64,000 nucleotides of DNA. It comes from Microbotryum violaceum. Lineage: Eukaryota. Positions 26,636 through 39,507 of this stretch are shown piece after piece. The DNA lies in NCBI GenBank assembly GCA_001244265.2, contig CDLV01000005.1, positions 2,294,001-2,358,000 on the forward strand, given 5' to 3'. Made by a program: the position numbers and the translations under genes. Positions within the stretch are counted from its first letter, which is position 1; every line of letters starts with the position of its first letter. The notes beneath the pieces are model-generated. The model was not told where the DNA came from. It ran no database searches and saw nothing but the letters and a program-made list of their open reading frames with translations.

Positions 26636-28451
26636 TCACTGGGGTCGACCGCCTTGGTAATGAGGCGGTTGGTGCCCATGCTGCTGTTGCGCCTGGTAGT
26701 GTTGATGTTGCAATGCGGCCTGTTGTTGCATGTAGGCCGCGTATTGAGCCCCGTACTGGGCTTGCCACGCCGCCATCGCTGCGGCCGCCGCGGCTGGATC
26801 CTGTGGGGCTTGTTGCTGATGTTGGTGAGGCTGTTGTTGCTGCTGTTGGGGTTGGGGTTGAGCTGAGTAGGTGCCGTAGGGTTGTTGCGCTTGCGCGTAC
26901 GGTTGTTGTGCGTACATGTACGGTGGCTGCTGCGCAACGAGGCCCGGCTGTGGTCGTGCCTGCTGCTGCTGCTGCTGCTGCTGCTGGTACGGTTGCGGGC
27001 TCCCGACGATATGGGCAGGGGAAGCGCTTCCCGTCGAACCACCGAACGCTGAACCTGCTTCCTTGTCCTTCCCCCACGAACACTTCAACGGTCGACCGTG
27101 AACGTTTGTTCCGGTAAGATTGATGATGGCGTTGGCAGCGTTCTCGTGCGTGTCGAGTTTGACGAATGCGAAGCCCCGATCGGCCTGCATGCGGATCTCG
27201 ACGATGTAGCCAAAGCCTTGGAAGAGAGGGATGAGGTCGGCTTGCGAGACGAAGGGGACGAGGTTGCCGACGTAGATGGTTGAGTTGAAGGACGGGGCCT
27301 GGCTCACGATTTGGTCGTACTGTGTGCGAGGGAGAAACAGCCTGCTCAGCTCCCGAATTCGATTGAAGTGTCAGTCGCGAGAGACAGGCTTACCGAGGCA
27401 GGTGCCGATGTTGCAGCATGCGTGGTACCCATCGGTGAAGCACTAGGGGCACCGGGTTGACCCTGGATGAAAATGTGCTGTCGCCCGTTAGTACGCAGTT
27501 TTCGGACCCGAACCTGGGTACACGCTCAACGTACGCCGTTCTTCGAGTTGGCCCAGTTGACCCGAATCGCCTTGGTGCCGAGCCACTCGCCGTTCATGGT
27601 CGCGATCGCCTGCTCGGCATCGGTCTTGTCCCGGAAGGCCAAGAAGCCGTAGCCCCTCGATTTGCCCGTGTTCATGTCCCACATGCACCGCGCGTCCGAG
27701 AGCGAACCGAACGCGGCAAAGGCCTTGCGCAGGACCTCGTCCGTGACCTCGGGGGAGAGATCGCCGCAAAAGACGTGGTAGTGGCCGGCGAGATCCTCCT
27801 TCGGTGCCGAGGCCTGGTTCTGATACGCCCACATGACTTTGATCTCGTTGTCAAAGATCTTGCGCCCATTCAGGGTCTGCAGCGCGGTCTCGGCCGAGCG
27901 CAATTCTTGGAACTCGACAAAGCTGTGCCGGCAAGGGGTTTTCCAACCTCAATTATTTCATCTTGACTGGTGGTGAGTACACCCATGCTCGACTTACCCG
28001 TAGTTTGCTCCACCGTGCTGAAAGTTTCGGTCGGGAATGATCTTAACGCCGATGACGGGGCCTGGCAACGGAGGCAGTGTCAGTTCTGTCGATCTGCGCT
28101 CCGACAAGATCATAACGGCGCCAAGTGCACTGACCGGCAACACCAAAGATTTCCTGAGGAATGACGAAAAATGAGGGTCAGCCGCCGAGAGCGAGCGAAC
28201 GAGCAAGCGCGCAGCCAGACCGGACTGTGGTGGACTGACCTGAAGCATGTACTCGGTAACGCGAGGCGAGATACCTCCAACGTACAAATGCGCCCTGGTT
28301 CGAATGGTTGGGAATGTTTGGGAATGTCAGGCTGTGGAGTGGACTGTTTCTGTACTGGCTGCACCGACCTCTTTGGCTGTTCGCCGTTCGGGTACGCTGC
28401 CGAATTGGGCGCCGCGCCGCGGGCCGAAGCTTGCTGAGGGAACTCGTCCAT
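26636..28451 (-). CDS. PUB1: TIA-1/Pub1-like three-RRM RNA-binding protein with a Q-rich prion-like C terminus
   Basis: RRM1 LYVGGISPRVTEYML..NYG|FVEF, RRM2 HVFCGDLSPEV..KSRGYGFLAF..IRVNWAN, RRM3 TIYVGNL..RGFAFVKL..LKCSWGK, then a poly-Q/Y tail. Confidence 0.92.
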
Positions 28452-28777
28452 GATGTGTGCTGGTAGGCGGTTGATGGGTTGCGATGCGATGCGAGGTCTT
28501 GGGTTCGCGACGTAGAACAAAAGAGACGAAGAGGGGAAGCCGACGGAAGAAGCTCTGGTCGAGTTGAGCAGGACAAGTTGCTATGCACTGAGAGACACGA
28601 CACACACACACAGAGACACACGAGCGAGAGAGAGGGAGAGAGAGAGAAAGAGAAAGAGAGAAAAGTTGAAACCAGTCGTCTACAGGAGCAAGAGAAGAGA
28701 GGAAATGAAGGGCGGGGTCGTCGTCGGTCGAGGGAGAAGGGACGAGTGCCGCGCTGATGCGATCAATCAATCACCAA

Positions 28778-28855
28778 AGCGAGGAACTATTAGCGAGGCA
28801 CTATCAGCGAGGCACTATTAGCGAGGCACTATTAGCGAGGCACTATTAGCGAGGC
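28778..28855. repeat. 14-bp tandem repeat (AGCGAGGCACTATT), about 5.5 copies, in a divergent promoter
   Basis: agcgaggaactatt agcgaggcactatc agcgaggcactatt x3 agcgaggc. Confidence 0.96.
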
Positions 28856-28960
28856 CCGGCTGTTTGAGCTGGTTGAGCACATTTGAGCTCGGACCCAAGC
28901 CAGCTTGCGTGGGGAGCAGCGGCGCTTCTCCTACTTCAATCGTACTCCCTTGGCGTCGAC

Positions 28961-29816
28961 ATGGCCTCCAGCATAGCCTCGACATCGCACTCTCGCCACC
29001 ACCACCACCACCACCACCAAGCTCAGCATGTTTCGCGACCGACCGCCTCGAACGCGACCCGAACAGCCTCGTCCTCGTCCTTTTCGTCGCTCGGCCCCGG
29101 CCCTGCCCCCGACCTGACCGAACGCTTCAAGCTCAAGGCCAAGTACCTCGACCTGCAACGAGATTATTTTCGGGCACTAGAGGTGCGCTCGCTAATCGTA
29201 GTGCGTTCAGCCCCCTACTCCCTGCCTCGTATTGATCCTTGTTCGCGTCGACACTTCCGCCACAGATCCGCAAGGACCTGACCATCGAGGTCAAGGAGAA
29301 GCAGGACAAGCTGCAGTCGTTGCAGGACGAGGTAGAGTAAGTCATTACGTTCATCTTGTGACTGTGTACTGCACTCCCCCCCTCGCTCACACGCCCTTGC
29401 TCCTGACCAGCCTCTTGATTGACCAAATCTTTGACTCGGACTATGCTCGACTCGAACCCAGCGACGATGACTTGTTCTCAACTCCCGAGGACGAGGACGA
29501 AGATCCAGATCGGACAGCAAAGGACAACCACCCACGAACAGCGCCGAGTCTGGAACCGAGTACGAGCAGTGCACCGCCGACGGGGGGCCACCACGGGGTC
29601 ATACGAAAGGTGAGCCTCATGCTCGGTCCAGTGGCGCGGGCGACGAAGGTCATCCATGGCTGATCCGATGAGTTGGTCCACGTATCACAGGACCCACCTC
29701 GTACCGATTCGGGTGATGTCGACGAGGCTGGTCCGTCGGCAAAACGTGCTCGGGTCGAGGAGCCGGGGCCCCATGAAGAAGCTGCCTTTCCGAACGGTCG
29801 GCGCCTCGAGGAGTGA
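28961..29816 (+). CDS. Small coiled-coil nuclear protein, uncharacterised (possibly INO80E/Iec3-like)
   Basis: Four exons give a poly-His N terminus, KLKAKYLDLQRDYFRALE|IRKDLTIEVKEKQDKLQSLQDEVD|LLIDQI, an acidic patch and the NLS-like PSAKRAR. Confidence 0.6.
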
Positions 29817-30679
29817 AAGGGCGTGGTGGAGCAGCTGTTGTGCTCTTTTGGTCGGTGTACATTGACTTGTTGATATGAATATAGAGGGTTCGTATTAAAG
29901 GACGTTCACCTGGTACTGTGAGCGAAGACTGTGTTCTCTTCCCTACTCCCGAGCCCTCGGGGCAAAGACGATCTGCAGGGCATGTTGGTAGCTCGTACCA
30001 TGCCTCCAAGCATCGATTATCGCTATGACTGATCGTATCGAACATCTTCTAAACCTGCTTCGTAGGTAGAGATTTCATACATCTACGACGCACCCGTGCA
30101 ACGTCGTTTCGTCGCACCCGTGCAAAACGTCTCCTTTTCTTTTTCTTTTCGGTTGCCTTCGGATTGGTTCGATCTCGAAGCTCTACGTTGGCGGTGCTAC
30201 GTGGTCGGTGGCTCATCCTTGATTAGCCTTGACAATCCCGTTTCCCTAGTGTTTCCCTTTCTGTTCTGTATTTTTGAGTGCACATCGAGATGCGCAGGCA
30301 CCGTGAAATTCGATAAATGGTTCCTGGAACGGTCGTGCGGCGCCGGCTGGGCCAAATCATGCTTCAAGCTTCAAGAGACAAGGCTCGCAAGACTTCCTGC
30401 CAAGCCCAGCTTGCCCAAGGCGCGCGGAAATGCAAGGGCGAACTCCCTCACAGTGGCGGAGCGTGACGGTGTTCCCTGTTCCGCCTGTACCTCATCATAA
30501 GTCATCCTCAGTCGCCATTCGTTCAAGACAAACCTCTGCGTAGGACGTTGATCGTACCGCTTCCCTCTATCATCCTGCCGAGCGCTGCTAGGCCTCCATC
30601 ATCGAACCCGCAGCGCGCACAACACCGCAATCTCGTGATCGCAGCGATCTCCGCTCTTTGACCCGTGCCCGCAGACGCC

Positions 30680-32898
30680 ATGCCCTCCTACCCGTACAGG
30701 GACAACGACTACGGATCGGTTCCTCATGGGTCGACCGATCGATTGTACGTGTTCTTCCACCCGCGATCCATACCACGGGCGTTTCCTTGTTAAGAGTCTC
30801 GCGGAGCGTGCCGGCGCCGGCCGTCCACTGTCCGAGTCAAGGCGCGTCTCTGCGCATGCGCGCGCGCGACGTGTCTCGTGTGCTCCACCTCTCCTGTTGA
30901 GCGATGTGACCGCGAACAAACAAACGCTGACACCCACAATGCCTTGCACCATAGCCCCCCTTCCGGTTCGAACGCACACTTGGACCCGCGTGGTGAAAAA
31001 CCTTACGAATATAACTACGGCGCGCCCATCGGACGCAAGCGTGGTGTGTCCAGATGGGTCAAGTTTGGTATCCCACTCCTGTTGCTCGTCATCGCCGGAG
31101 CCGTTGTCGGAGGCATCTTCGGCTCGCGTGCGGCCAATGACAGCAAGAACAGGGCCAATGCGAATGCTGCTGCTCAGGCTGGCTCGTCGTCGCCGTCGTC
31201 ATCTTCATCGGGCAGCTCGCCAAAGTCGACGTCGGGGACATCATCGTCTCCCAGTGGCACCTCGTCGTCGGCCCCTTCTCCCACGTGAGTCCGCACGTCT
31301 GCGCCGGTGGAGGCCACACACTGGACTGACGCCGAGCCGGAACTCCCCATACAGCCCAACCAAAGTTACGGGTCAATACACCGTCACCAACCGCGCCGCC
31401 TGGGATTGGTCTCAGGACAAGAGTATTGGCATGTGCCTGGGCAACTGGCTCATTTTGGAGCGATGGATGAATGAGGACTGGTTCGTCCAAGTCGCGGGCA
31501 ATTCCTCGCTCGATGAGTGGACCTTGTCCCAAGTACTCGGCAGCGACCTCCCCACAGTCATGCAGCAGCACTACAACACATGGATCGTCGAGTCAGACTT
31601 CGATACAATGCAACAAGCAGGAATCAACATGCTACGCATCCCGACCGGTTTCTGGGCATTCATCCCGACCGTATCCGGTGAACCTTACTACAACAACAGG
31701 ACAGAGCTGCAATTCCAACTCAACAAAGTCTTGGGATGGGCCTACGCCCGCAACATGTACGCCGTGATCGATCTTCACGGCCTTCCCGGCTCTCAGAACG
31801 GCGAACAGTCCTCCGGCCATCTTACGACCACGCCCGCTTGGTTCGGTAACACGGTCAACCAAGGACGATCGGATGCTACCGTTGCGGCTGTTATGGATTT
31901 CATTGCAACCTCTCCCTACCGCTCCATTATCGCCGGCCTCGAGGTAATCAACGAACCCCGCCCCTACACCGAGGCGCAGAACCAAGAGCTCATGGCGTAT
32001 TACGAACGCTCCTACACGGCTATTCAAGCCTCTGCATGGCCCGTCACAACCTTCATTCATGATGGCTATATCAGTTCAGTGCGTAATCATCAACCCTTTG
32101 ATACGTGAACCCTTTGTAGCCTCGTCAAGGGGGCTTCATTCATTCCGTTTCCAGTCCTCTTCTCTTGGTCTTTCGGGCGCTTTGCTGATCAATCTCGAGA
32201 AACACGACCCACTCATGTTGTTCGCTCCTATGTTTCACCAGGGCTTCGAATATTGGAGAGCATTCGCTGCAGCGCATGCGACGGTCCTGCCCTCGATGGT
32301 GATCGAGGACCACCCCTATCCCGGCAACTTCCCCGCACAAACCAGCCCGACCGACATCATGGCGCAGATCTGCTCGGCGGCGCGCCGTTATCTGAATTAC
32401 CCAATTCCCGTCGTCATCACCGAGTGGAGTCTGTACACTGGAGTCAAAACATTGGCGTTCGAAAAGCAGTTCTACGATGGCCAGCTGACCGCTTGGTCGT
32501 TCTCGGCTGGAGGGATGTTCTGGTCGTTCCGCCACGTGCCTAGCAAGGCTCAGTTGGCGCAAGGAATCGACTACAGCCAGTACTCGTTCATCTACCTTGT
32601 CCAGCAAGGCGCAATTACCTTCCCTTCAGATGTTGGCGTCGCCAACACAGCCACACGCTCGAATGCGCAAAAATATCTCGACTCGCTGACGAGCAACTGC
32701 GGCTCGGCTCCCAGCAATGCTGCGCCTTATCCTGCTGCAACGGTGCCATGGACCGCCGAAGCTGCTGCTCGCACGGCAGCAGGTCCGGGCAACTACCCCG
32801 CCACCTCCGTCACGGACCCGAACTTGGGTGCGGACCCGCCGAGTGCGACTAGTTCGTCCCAGTCGCGCTCTCGCAAGGTCAAGAGGGCGTTGTACTAG
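30680..32898 (+). CDS. Membrane-anchored GH5 exo-beta-1,3-glucanase-like enzyme
   Basis: One TM segment (FGIPLLLLVIAGAVVGGIFG) and a Ser-rich linker, then GMCLGNWLILERWM, LRIPTGFW, IDLHGLPGSQNG, the acid/base motif INEP, FIHDG, the nucleophile motif VITEWS and FWSF. Confidence 0.9.
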
Positions 32899-33320
32899 AG
32901 GTCTTTACCTGGCGCTCAGCTCTTGATCATTATCATGACTTTGTGTATGTAGCCGAGCTGTGGCTTGCATTGGTCATGTTTCTAGGGCGGTCACTTATCC
33001 TATGGACTTTTTTTCCTGTTCTTACGCCCGAGACCCGACACTTGATATGATCACGTTTTTCTTCTAGATTCTGTTTCGTTGGTGCGCCTTACCTTAGAGA
33101 CAGTATAATAAGGCGAAAGTACGATGACAGAGGCGACTGTTCGTAAGCTTGTAAACGAAAGGCTGTGCCTGGCCGCTTCTCGCAGATCGCCGACCTTGGC
33201 CATCCTTCGCCGACTATGCCGACTGCGGCAATTGGCGCGCGACACGTAGAAGGCATCCACCTCTCTTGCACTTTGCCTCCCCTCCCCTCGCGAGTCACAT
33301 CGGATGCACTCGACATCAAA

Positions 33321-35646
33321 ATGAACCAGCCGAGTGGAGAGCTGGACTCAGACACGTGGATGACTCCCAACTCGACCTCCAGCATGGTGCACCTCGAAGA
33401 TGAGGGCCGGCCCGAGTCGGTTAGCCTGTCAGCAGTCGCCGCGTGCTCCTTCGCGTCGTCGTCGCATGCTACGTCAGTGATTCCCCACGATACCACCAGC
33501 TCGGGATGGGAGGAACCGATGCAGCAGGTTGTGGCACAAGACATGTCACAACGCGTAGTACCCGAATTTTCGTCACGACATCGATCGCTCTTCACCGAGC
33601 TGTTGCAAGTCGATGAACCCATCCCGTCGCAGCAGGAACTCGAGGTCAGTCATCGACACCGGCCACGTGGCCCCGTGCAGTCGCCACCGGGCCCGCGACC
33701 AATCAGCCGGGGCTTGGGTCTAATTTGGAACGGCGAACTGCTGCTGAGATGATTTTACAATTCTTTACGCATGACTCGGTCACAACATAAAACAGGATGC
33801 AGGCGCCTTCGACCTGGACGCGACCTCACAAATGCTGGCAGAGTGGAGACGCGAACATGGCCAATCACTGGCCGGAGCGCGTGCACATGACCCGAGCAGC
33901 CTTTCCGGTTGCGGGGCAAGATCATCCTCCCCTGTCCACGACGCGATCGACGCATTGGAAAAGTCTCGTACCGTATCATCTTCGCTTAGCTGGGAGCTGA
34001 TTGACGAGCCGGAGCAATTAATCTGCACGAGCCCGTTGACTTCACCCCGGCTTTCGCCATTTGCCTTTGTTCGAAAAGCCATCCGACCGGCCAAACCTAT
34101 TCGGACGCAATCGACGCCTGTGCTCTTCGACCCCACCAGTTCGCCTTTCCTATCGCCTCCGGTATTCACCACGACCCCAATGAACCCGTGGGAGCAGTCT
34201 TTGGCGCGTCATTGGCCCACCAGCAGTTGGTCGAATGGCACACCGTGCGACGAGCGCTCAAACGCATCCACATCGAGGCTAGCCGTCGTGGCCGATGGAC
34301 CTTCCAAACACAACAAGCTTCGCAAGTCGATGCCGGCAGGCCTCTCCATTCGTACTGACGGCGAGCGCCCGAACGTATCTGCATCATCGTCAGCAACACC
34401 CGCTCGCTCGCCGAACCCCTCCACGTCCTCGACCGCACCCAACTCGCCCTTGTCGACCAAAAGGCAGTGGCATCGATCGCTTCCGTTCATCCTGACCTCT
34501 CCCACACGGGCCCACTCTGATGCTCTCGATGCATCCGGCTACAAGCCGGACCGCTCACCGTCGTCGTCCGGACCGTCCTCTCCTGCTGCTGCGCATCCAA
34601 CGAGTCGTCGAGGATCATCGAGGAAGAAACGCGGATCCACTTCTTCGTCGGACGAAGGGCATTTAGGGGATGCAGAAGACCTTGCTGCTGCTCGGATCGG
34701 TAGGGATGGATCGCGCGAGTCCGCTCTCTCCTCGAGCCTGTGGGGGCTCAAACTCGGTCGCGCCTCGGGTTCGAGTAGTCATCTGCGAGTGCCGAACGGG
34801 GATCGCGCACGCATACCGTCAGAGCGTCGAATAATCGGCGAAGGCGGTACTGGTCAGGATGAATGGCCACCTACCAAGCGGTCATTCGAGGTTCTGCATC
34901 GACCAAGTGTGGGTCGTAGTCGGTCGGCAAACGCAGTCCTCGGCGAGCGACACGACCTTTCGACTCGTCCCAAGGGTATCGGCCTGTCAGAGACGGCTTC
35001 AACGTCATCGCCGAACCTGAGCAAGATCGAAGAGGAGGAAAACGGGAGTCTGTTCAGCCTGACCGGATTGGGCTCGAAGCGATCGCCGTCGCTGCGCCTC
35101 GGCAGGAACCGTCCAAATTCAGATTCCTTGGATGACGACTCTGCCGAGGGCAGTAGCACGCGCACACGGCTGTCCAGCGCCATCTTGAGGCCAGGTTTGA
35201 GGACACATAGCCCGGTTCCTAGCTCGCATCTACACCACGTTTTGACACGCGATTCCTCTGTGGACTCGACTGAAGACGACGACCCTCCACACGCCACTTT
35301 CCAGACGTTCCCTGGCCCTGGAAAGTCGCCTGGACACGAGCAAGATGACCATATGAGGGTCTCTTCCTCGTGCACGACTAACCGACCTCAATCGTCCCCC
35401 CAGCTTTTCAGTGGAGCCGTAATGACGAGTGGAGCCGAATTAACGAGTGAATCCGACTCGTCGACCTTCACGTCTTCGTCGAACTGGGAGCACGATCACG
35501 ACGATGATGACGACACCCCTGCATCGTCGGTGCAGTTGGGCGAGAGCGACCCGGAAACCGATCACGATTTTAAAGCTTCCATCATTCATGCCAAGCGGCT
35601 CGAATCGATCCCTATCGAGGGTGGCGAGGTCATTGGGTGGCGATGA
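33321..35646 (+). CDS. Uncharacterised Ser/Pro-rich, probably disordered protein (~720 aa)
   Basis: An exon at 33321-33644 splices in frame via a GT..AG intron (33645-33795) to the 604-aa ORF 33832..35646. No recognisable domain. Confidence 0.65.
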
Positions 35647-35889
35647 TTTCAGCTTTCTCTCCGTGGCAAAGCTTTGCTTCCGAGTTTATGCCCCTTCAAC
35701 GGCGTGCCTCGTCGAATCTCATTTAACGACCCCTGGCTTTCATAACTTATAGATATTATATAAAGAGTCATCATATCATATTCTTCCTACACTTGCAGGA
35801 GAATACCTTACTCTTCGCGAAGCCTCGGCCGGGTAGTGCGACTGCATCGTCGATGCTGGACTGATGGTAGAGTCTGCTGGCTTGTTGCA

Positions 35890-36573
35890 TCATTGCAGTG
35901 CTACTCTGCCCAATACCTTCCATTCTTCTGGTTTGCCCTCACACACGACCACAAGCACCTCTTCGACCTGAAAACCCTGCGCCGATCCTACGGAAACCCC
36001 ACCCTCGAAAGCATGGCCCTCTTTCCGCATTCGCTCCATCACCTCTTTTACACTTCGCTCGCCTTCGATATCTGTTCCATACACAAGCGAAGCATGGGGA
36101 AAGTACTGCTCCACTCTTTCCACCTTTTCCCCCGTCTGCGGATCGTCGTGCAGTAAGCCGTCCTTCTCCAACCCTTCTTGGACGATTGTCCTGAGTCGCA
36201 ACAAGCCTTCATTGCCCTTGTTGACGATGGCGAAGAGGTATTGAAAGTAACGATGATGCGTTCCGATGCCTTTGAACTCGACTTTGCACTTCTTGAGGTC
36301 CGACGCTTTGATAGAGCGCGCGAGACTTGAGATGATGAGTTCCAGTGGAGTCGAGGTGGGGAGACCGGAGAGGAGCGTGATGTGGGGATCGAAGGGCGGT
36401 GTGTTGAGAGAGGACGAGAGGGAGTTGATGAGGGACGATAAGTAGTCATTTTGTGATGAGGCCCATGGAGGGGAGAGCCAGAGTGCGATGCCTGAGAACG
36501 TTCCGGTCAACGGAGAGGGGGCTGCTGGATCATCAGCAAGGTGAGTATCGGAAGAGGAAACACATATCGACAT
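35890..36573 (-). CDS. CPD1: 2',3'-cyclic-nucleotide 3'-phosphodiesterase (2H phosphoesterase, Cpd1-like)
   Basis: GIALWLSPP and two HxT/S motifs (FDPHITLL, YFPHASLVY), plus YFQYLF and CEGKPEEWKVLG. The start is uncertain. Confidence 0.85.
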   Translation of the reverse strand: MSICVSSSDTHLADDPAAPSPLTGTFSGIALWLSPPWASSQNDYLSSLINSLSSSLNTPPFDPHITLLSGLPTSTPLELIISSLARSIKASDLKKCKVEFKGIGTHHRYFQYLFAIVNKGNEGLLRLRTIVQEGLEKDGLLHDDPQTGEKVERVEQYFPHASLVYGTDIEGERSVKEVMERMRKEGHAFEGGVSVGSAQGFQVEEVLVVVCEGKPEEWKVLGRVALQ

Positions 36574-37365
36574 GGTGTAGGTGACACATACCCATCGATC
36601 AGGATGGAGAACGTGCGGCAGTGAGAAGTACGAGAGGAGAGTTTGATGGGAGAGGTGGAGTGAGTGAGCCGACTCGGAGTTCGAGAGCAAGAGTTCGAAA
36701 AGTGGGGGCGGGGGCGGGGGCCCCCAAAACACCTTGGCCTCATTTGGCTCGGTAGCCCTATGGAATTTTGGTCCGACAGAATGAGATCAACCATACCTTG
36801 GTAAAGAGATGATGACCCCCTTGGACGACACTCTTTATTCCATAGTTACACTTCAAATTTCAATATGCGTGCCGTGATGAAGCTTTCCGGTCATTACCGA
36901 CTCGGCTACAGCACCCCAAAGTCAGCTTTTTCGCCTCAGGCGGTCCGAACGCCGGAAGCCCCAGCCGTTTCAAAACTGCGCTCAAAGTCCGAATTCTGGA
37001 ACTTTCTCGAAGTGTAGGGACCTGTATAAACTAATTTCCGGACCTCTTCTTTCTCTTAATCCATGAATATAGCTCGTGTAGCGGTTACGAATCTCATTGC
37101 CGAGATACAGCGGCCGTCATTTCACTGGGTCAGAATTCACATGCCTATCCAACCAGGTTTGAGCGACAAGCACCAATGCGCTGGAGGTTTCTGCCGTCGA
37201 GCGAGCTGAGCGAGCTGAGCCCAGTCGCGACGGGGACGAAGGTGCTTGGGCCTAAGCCATGTAGGTTTGGTCAGATAACTCGTGCATGCATTTCAGTGGA
37301 CCGAAAAGCAAGGAAACGGTGCCGGTGCGAGCGAATTGAGCCGAGAAAGCTCTCAAGACAACGGC

Positions 37366-39285
37366 TCATCGACGGTGGGGAAGAATGTGCACCTCTATAG
37401 GAACAAAGCCATAACCATCAGGAAGCGTTCACGATTCCCAGTACGAAAGAAAACTAACCCAAGTCCTGATACCTCCCCTTGCGCATCGGATCCACCCTCT
37501 TGAGTATATTGAGCATATCCAGGTTCGAAGCGTTCAATTCGTCGCGCTCCACACCGTCACCGTCTCCGAGGAACGAGTGAAGAAGTCGTTGGTAGTAAAT
37601 GAGTGAATCGAGACACCCTGTGATGCATAAATTGAATAATTGAGTGGGTGAAGATCGTCAGCTTTGACTGCCATAGTCGCAAGAAGCAAGCGGTCGAGGT
37701 GGTCAGGTGCCTCGAGCGGCCGAGAGGAGGAGGCGAGAGGAGGCGAGAGGAGGAGGGGGCAACCCCCGAGCATTGCTTCAGCACTACCACAGTAGCCACC
37801 TTCCTTTCTGGCTCGGATGCGACGAGTCATATGACCACTTCGAACGATTGCCGCTCCTTCCACCCCCGACTCACATCGGGAATCTGGTTCTTCCTCGAGC
37901 AGCTCTTTGATCCCGTCTATCTCGCGCCGAACGATTGCGAGAGTTCCTGAAGGTTGTACGACAAGCCTCACTTGCATCAGCTTTATCCCATCCGCAAGCG
38001 CCGGGCAACGTAACCCACCCTTCCCAACCAGCCATCGGTGGTATAGCCATGCACTTTGATCGTTGGGGTCCGACCAGATCGCCTGCTTGACCAGGTGAAA
38101 TTCTAGTTTGAGAGGATCGACGCCTATCAGTAACGCCACGGCTTCCCCGGGGACACATGATGTCTCGAACGGACCTTCATCAACCTGCTTCGCTCTCGGT
38201 TCGCTTCCTTCCTCCCACCCTTGTTCTTCCCACGACTTGGGTAGCAGCTTGGATCGATAATGCCATGCCGAAAAGTTGCTAAAGTTCTCGGCGATCTTTC
38301 TTTTCGAGTACGCGAGCTCGCTGGTGGTCGTAGGTCGGGGTCGTTTAGGATTAGGAGTAGATTTTGAAGTTGATGCTTCTGATGAAGCCCCAGACTGGCT
38401 CGCTTTGGCATCCTCTTTGGCGTGCAACTCCGACAATGATGCGACGATGTATCGGCGGTAATCCCAGCTATGGACTGTTCAATGCGGGAGGGCAGGGGGA
38501 GTCAATTTTTGCCGAAGCGCCAGTCTCTTCTCAACGCCAACAACCGAGGACGTACAATTCCTTCCATCCTTTTCCAAGTAAGCTTCGACCATCTTCATCT
38601 CAAAGGCCCAGTTGGCGTCCGGCATCGTCTCCAATACCCACTTGCGGTGTTCCCACGTCGAGTAGTTCTTGGGGTTTTGTCGCAGGGCCGAGTTGGTGAG
38701 GTTGAGGTCGGCTTCTAGGATCGCTTGTTGTGTTGGTTCGTCACTGTGAAAGCCAAATAGGATGGTGATCTCATCAGGCATGGAAGATTCGCTTGAACGA
38801 ACAAAGTTGTAAGTGTGACTTGCGCTTGAGCAAGCGGTCCTCGAAGTAAGACTCTTCGCCGGATCGACCACCCCGTTTGATACTCCGGGTTGAGTTGCAG
38901 CACCTTCGTACTCAGATCCAAAGTCGCTTGCGAGTAGTCTTCGGCTTTACTCTGTGTCATAGACACGAATGATCAAGATCAGTCCACACCTTGTCAGCGC
39001 TCTGCCTCCGCCTTCGAAGCCATGACGACGGAATGAAGACGACTGAATAAGCAGAGCAATACCTTCAACCACAAGGATAGTCGTACCTTAGCAACCAGCT
39101 CATTCGTCAACGCTGTGTATTCCTGTATCTTCTGCTGCTCCTTCTCATGCTTCTTGCGAGCGACTTCGGCCGTGTCCGCGACGGGGGGGATGCGAGACCG
39201 CTTCACGCCGTGCTGTAAGATATACAGAGCGTTCAGACGAGCTTGGTTATGGGTGCAGAATGGAATGTGAAGTTTGACTGACCAT
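37366..39285 (-). CDS. BET4: Rab geranylgeranyltransferase (GGTase II) alpha subunit
   Basis: M|HGVKR start and PPTA repeats NPEYQTGWSIRR, NPKNYSTWEHRKW, NFSNFSAWHYRSKL and DPNDQSAWLYHRWL, with a C-terminal VDPMRKGRYQDL. Confidence 0.92.
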
Positions 39286-39507
39286 GATTGGACAGCTGGG
39301 GAGGATTCACAGAACGTGAAGAACAAAGACGAACTGACGTGACATGTCATGCGCGGCTCCACATGGAGTCACGCTTATGCCGGAGGAGAATTCCGGTCAC
39401 TTATTTATCTTGCCAATACCATTTCCAGGTCAATATTCAACAGGACTTTCATCTAGCATTGAAATACCTGCATCGACCCAAAGTCGTTCATACTGTAAAC
39501 AAGATTT

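Noticed and set aside
28778-28855. Interstitial telomeric repeat
   Set aside because: The unit lacks TTAGGG or a G-run typical of basidiomycete telomeres. It is kept only as a promoter minisatellite.
36750-37360. Possible ncRNA or transposon remnant in the CPD1-BET4 intergenic region (also 59500-59950)
   Set aside because: No tRNA, snRNA or snoRNA signature, terminal repeats or transposase fragments could be recognised by eye. An Rfam/Infernal scan would be needed.
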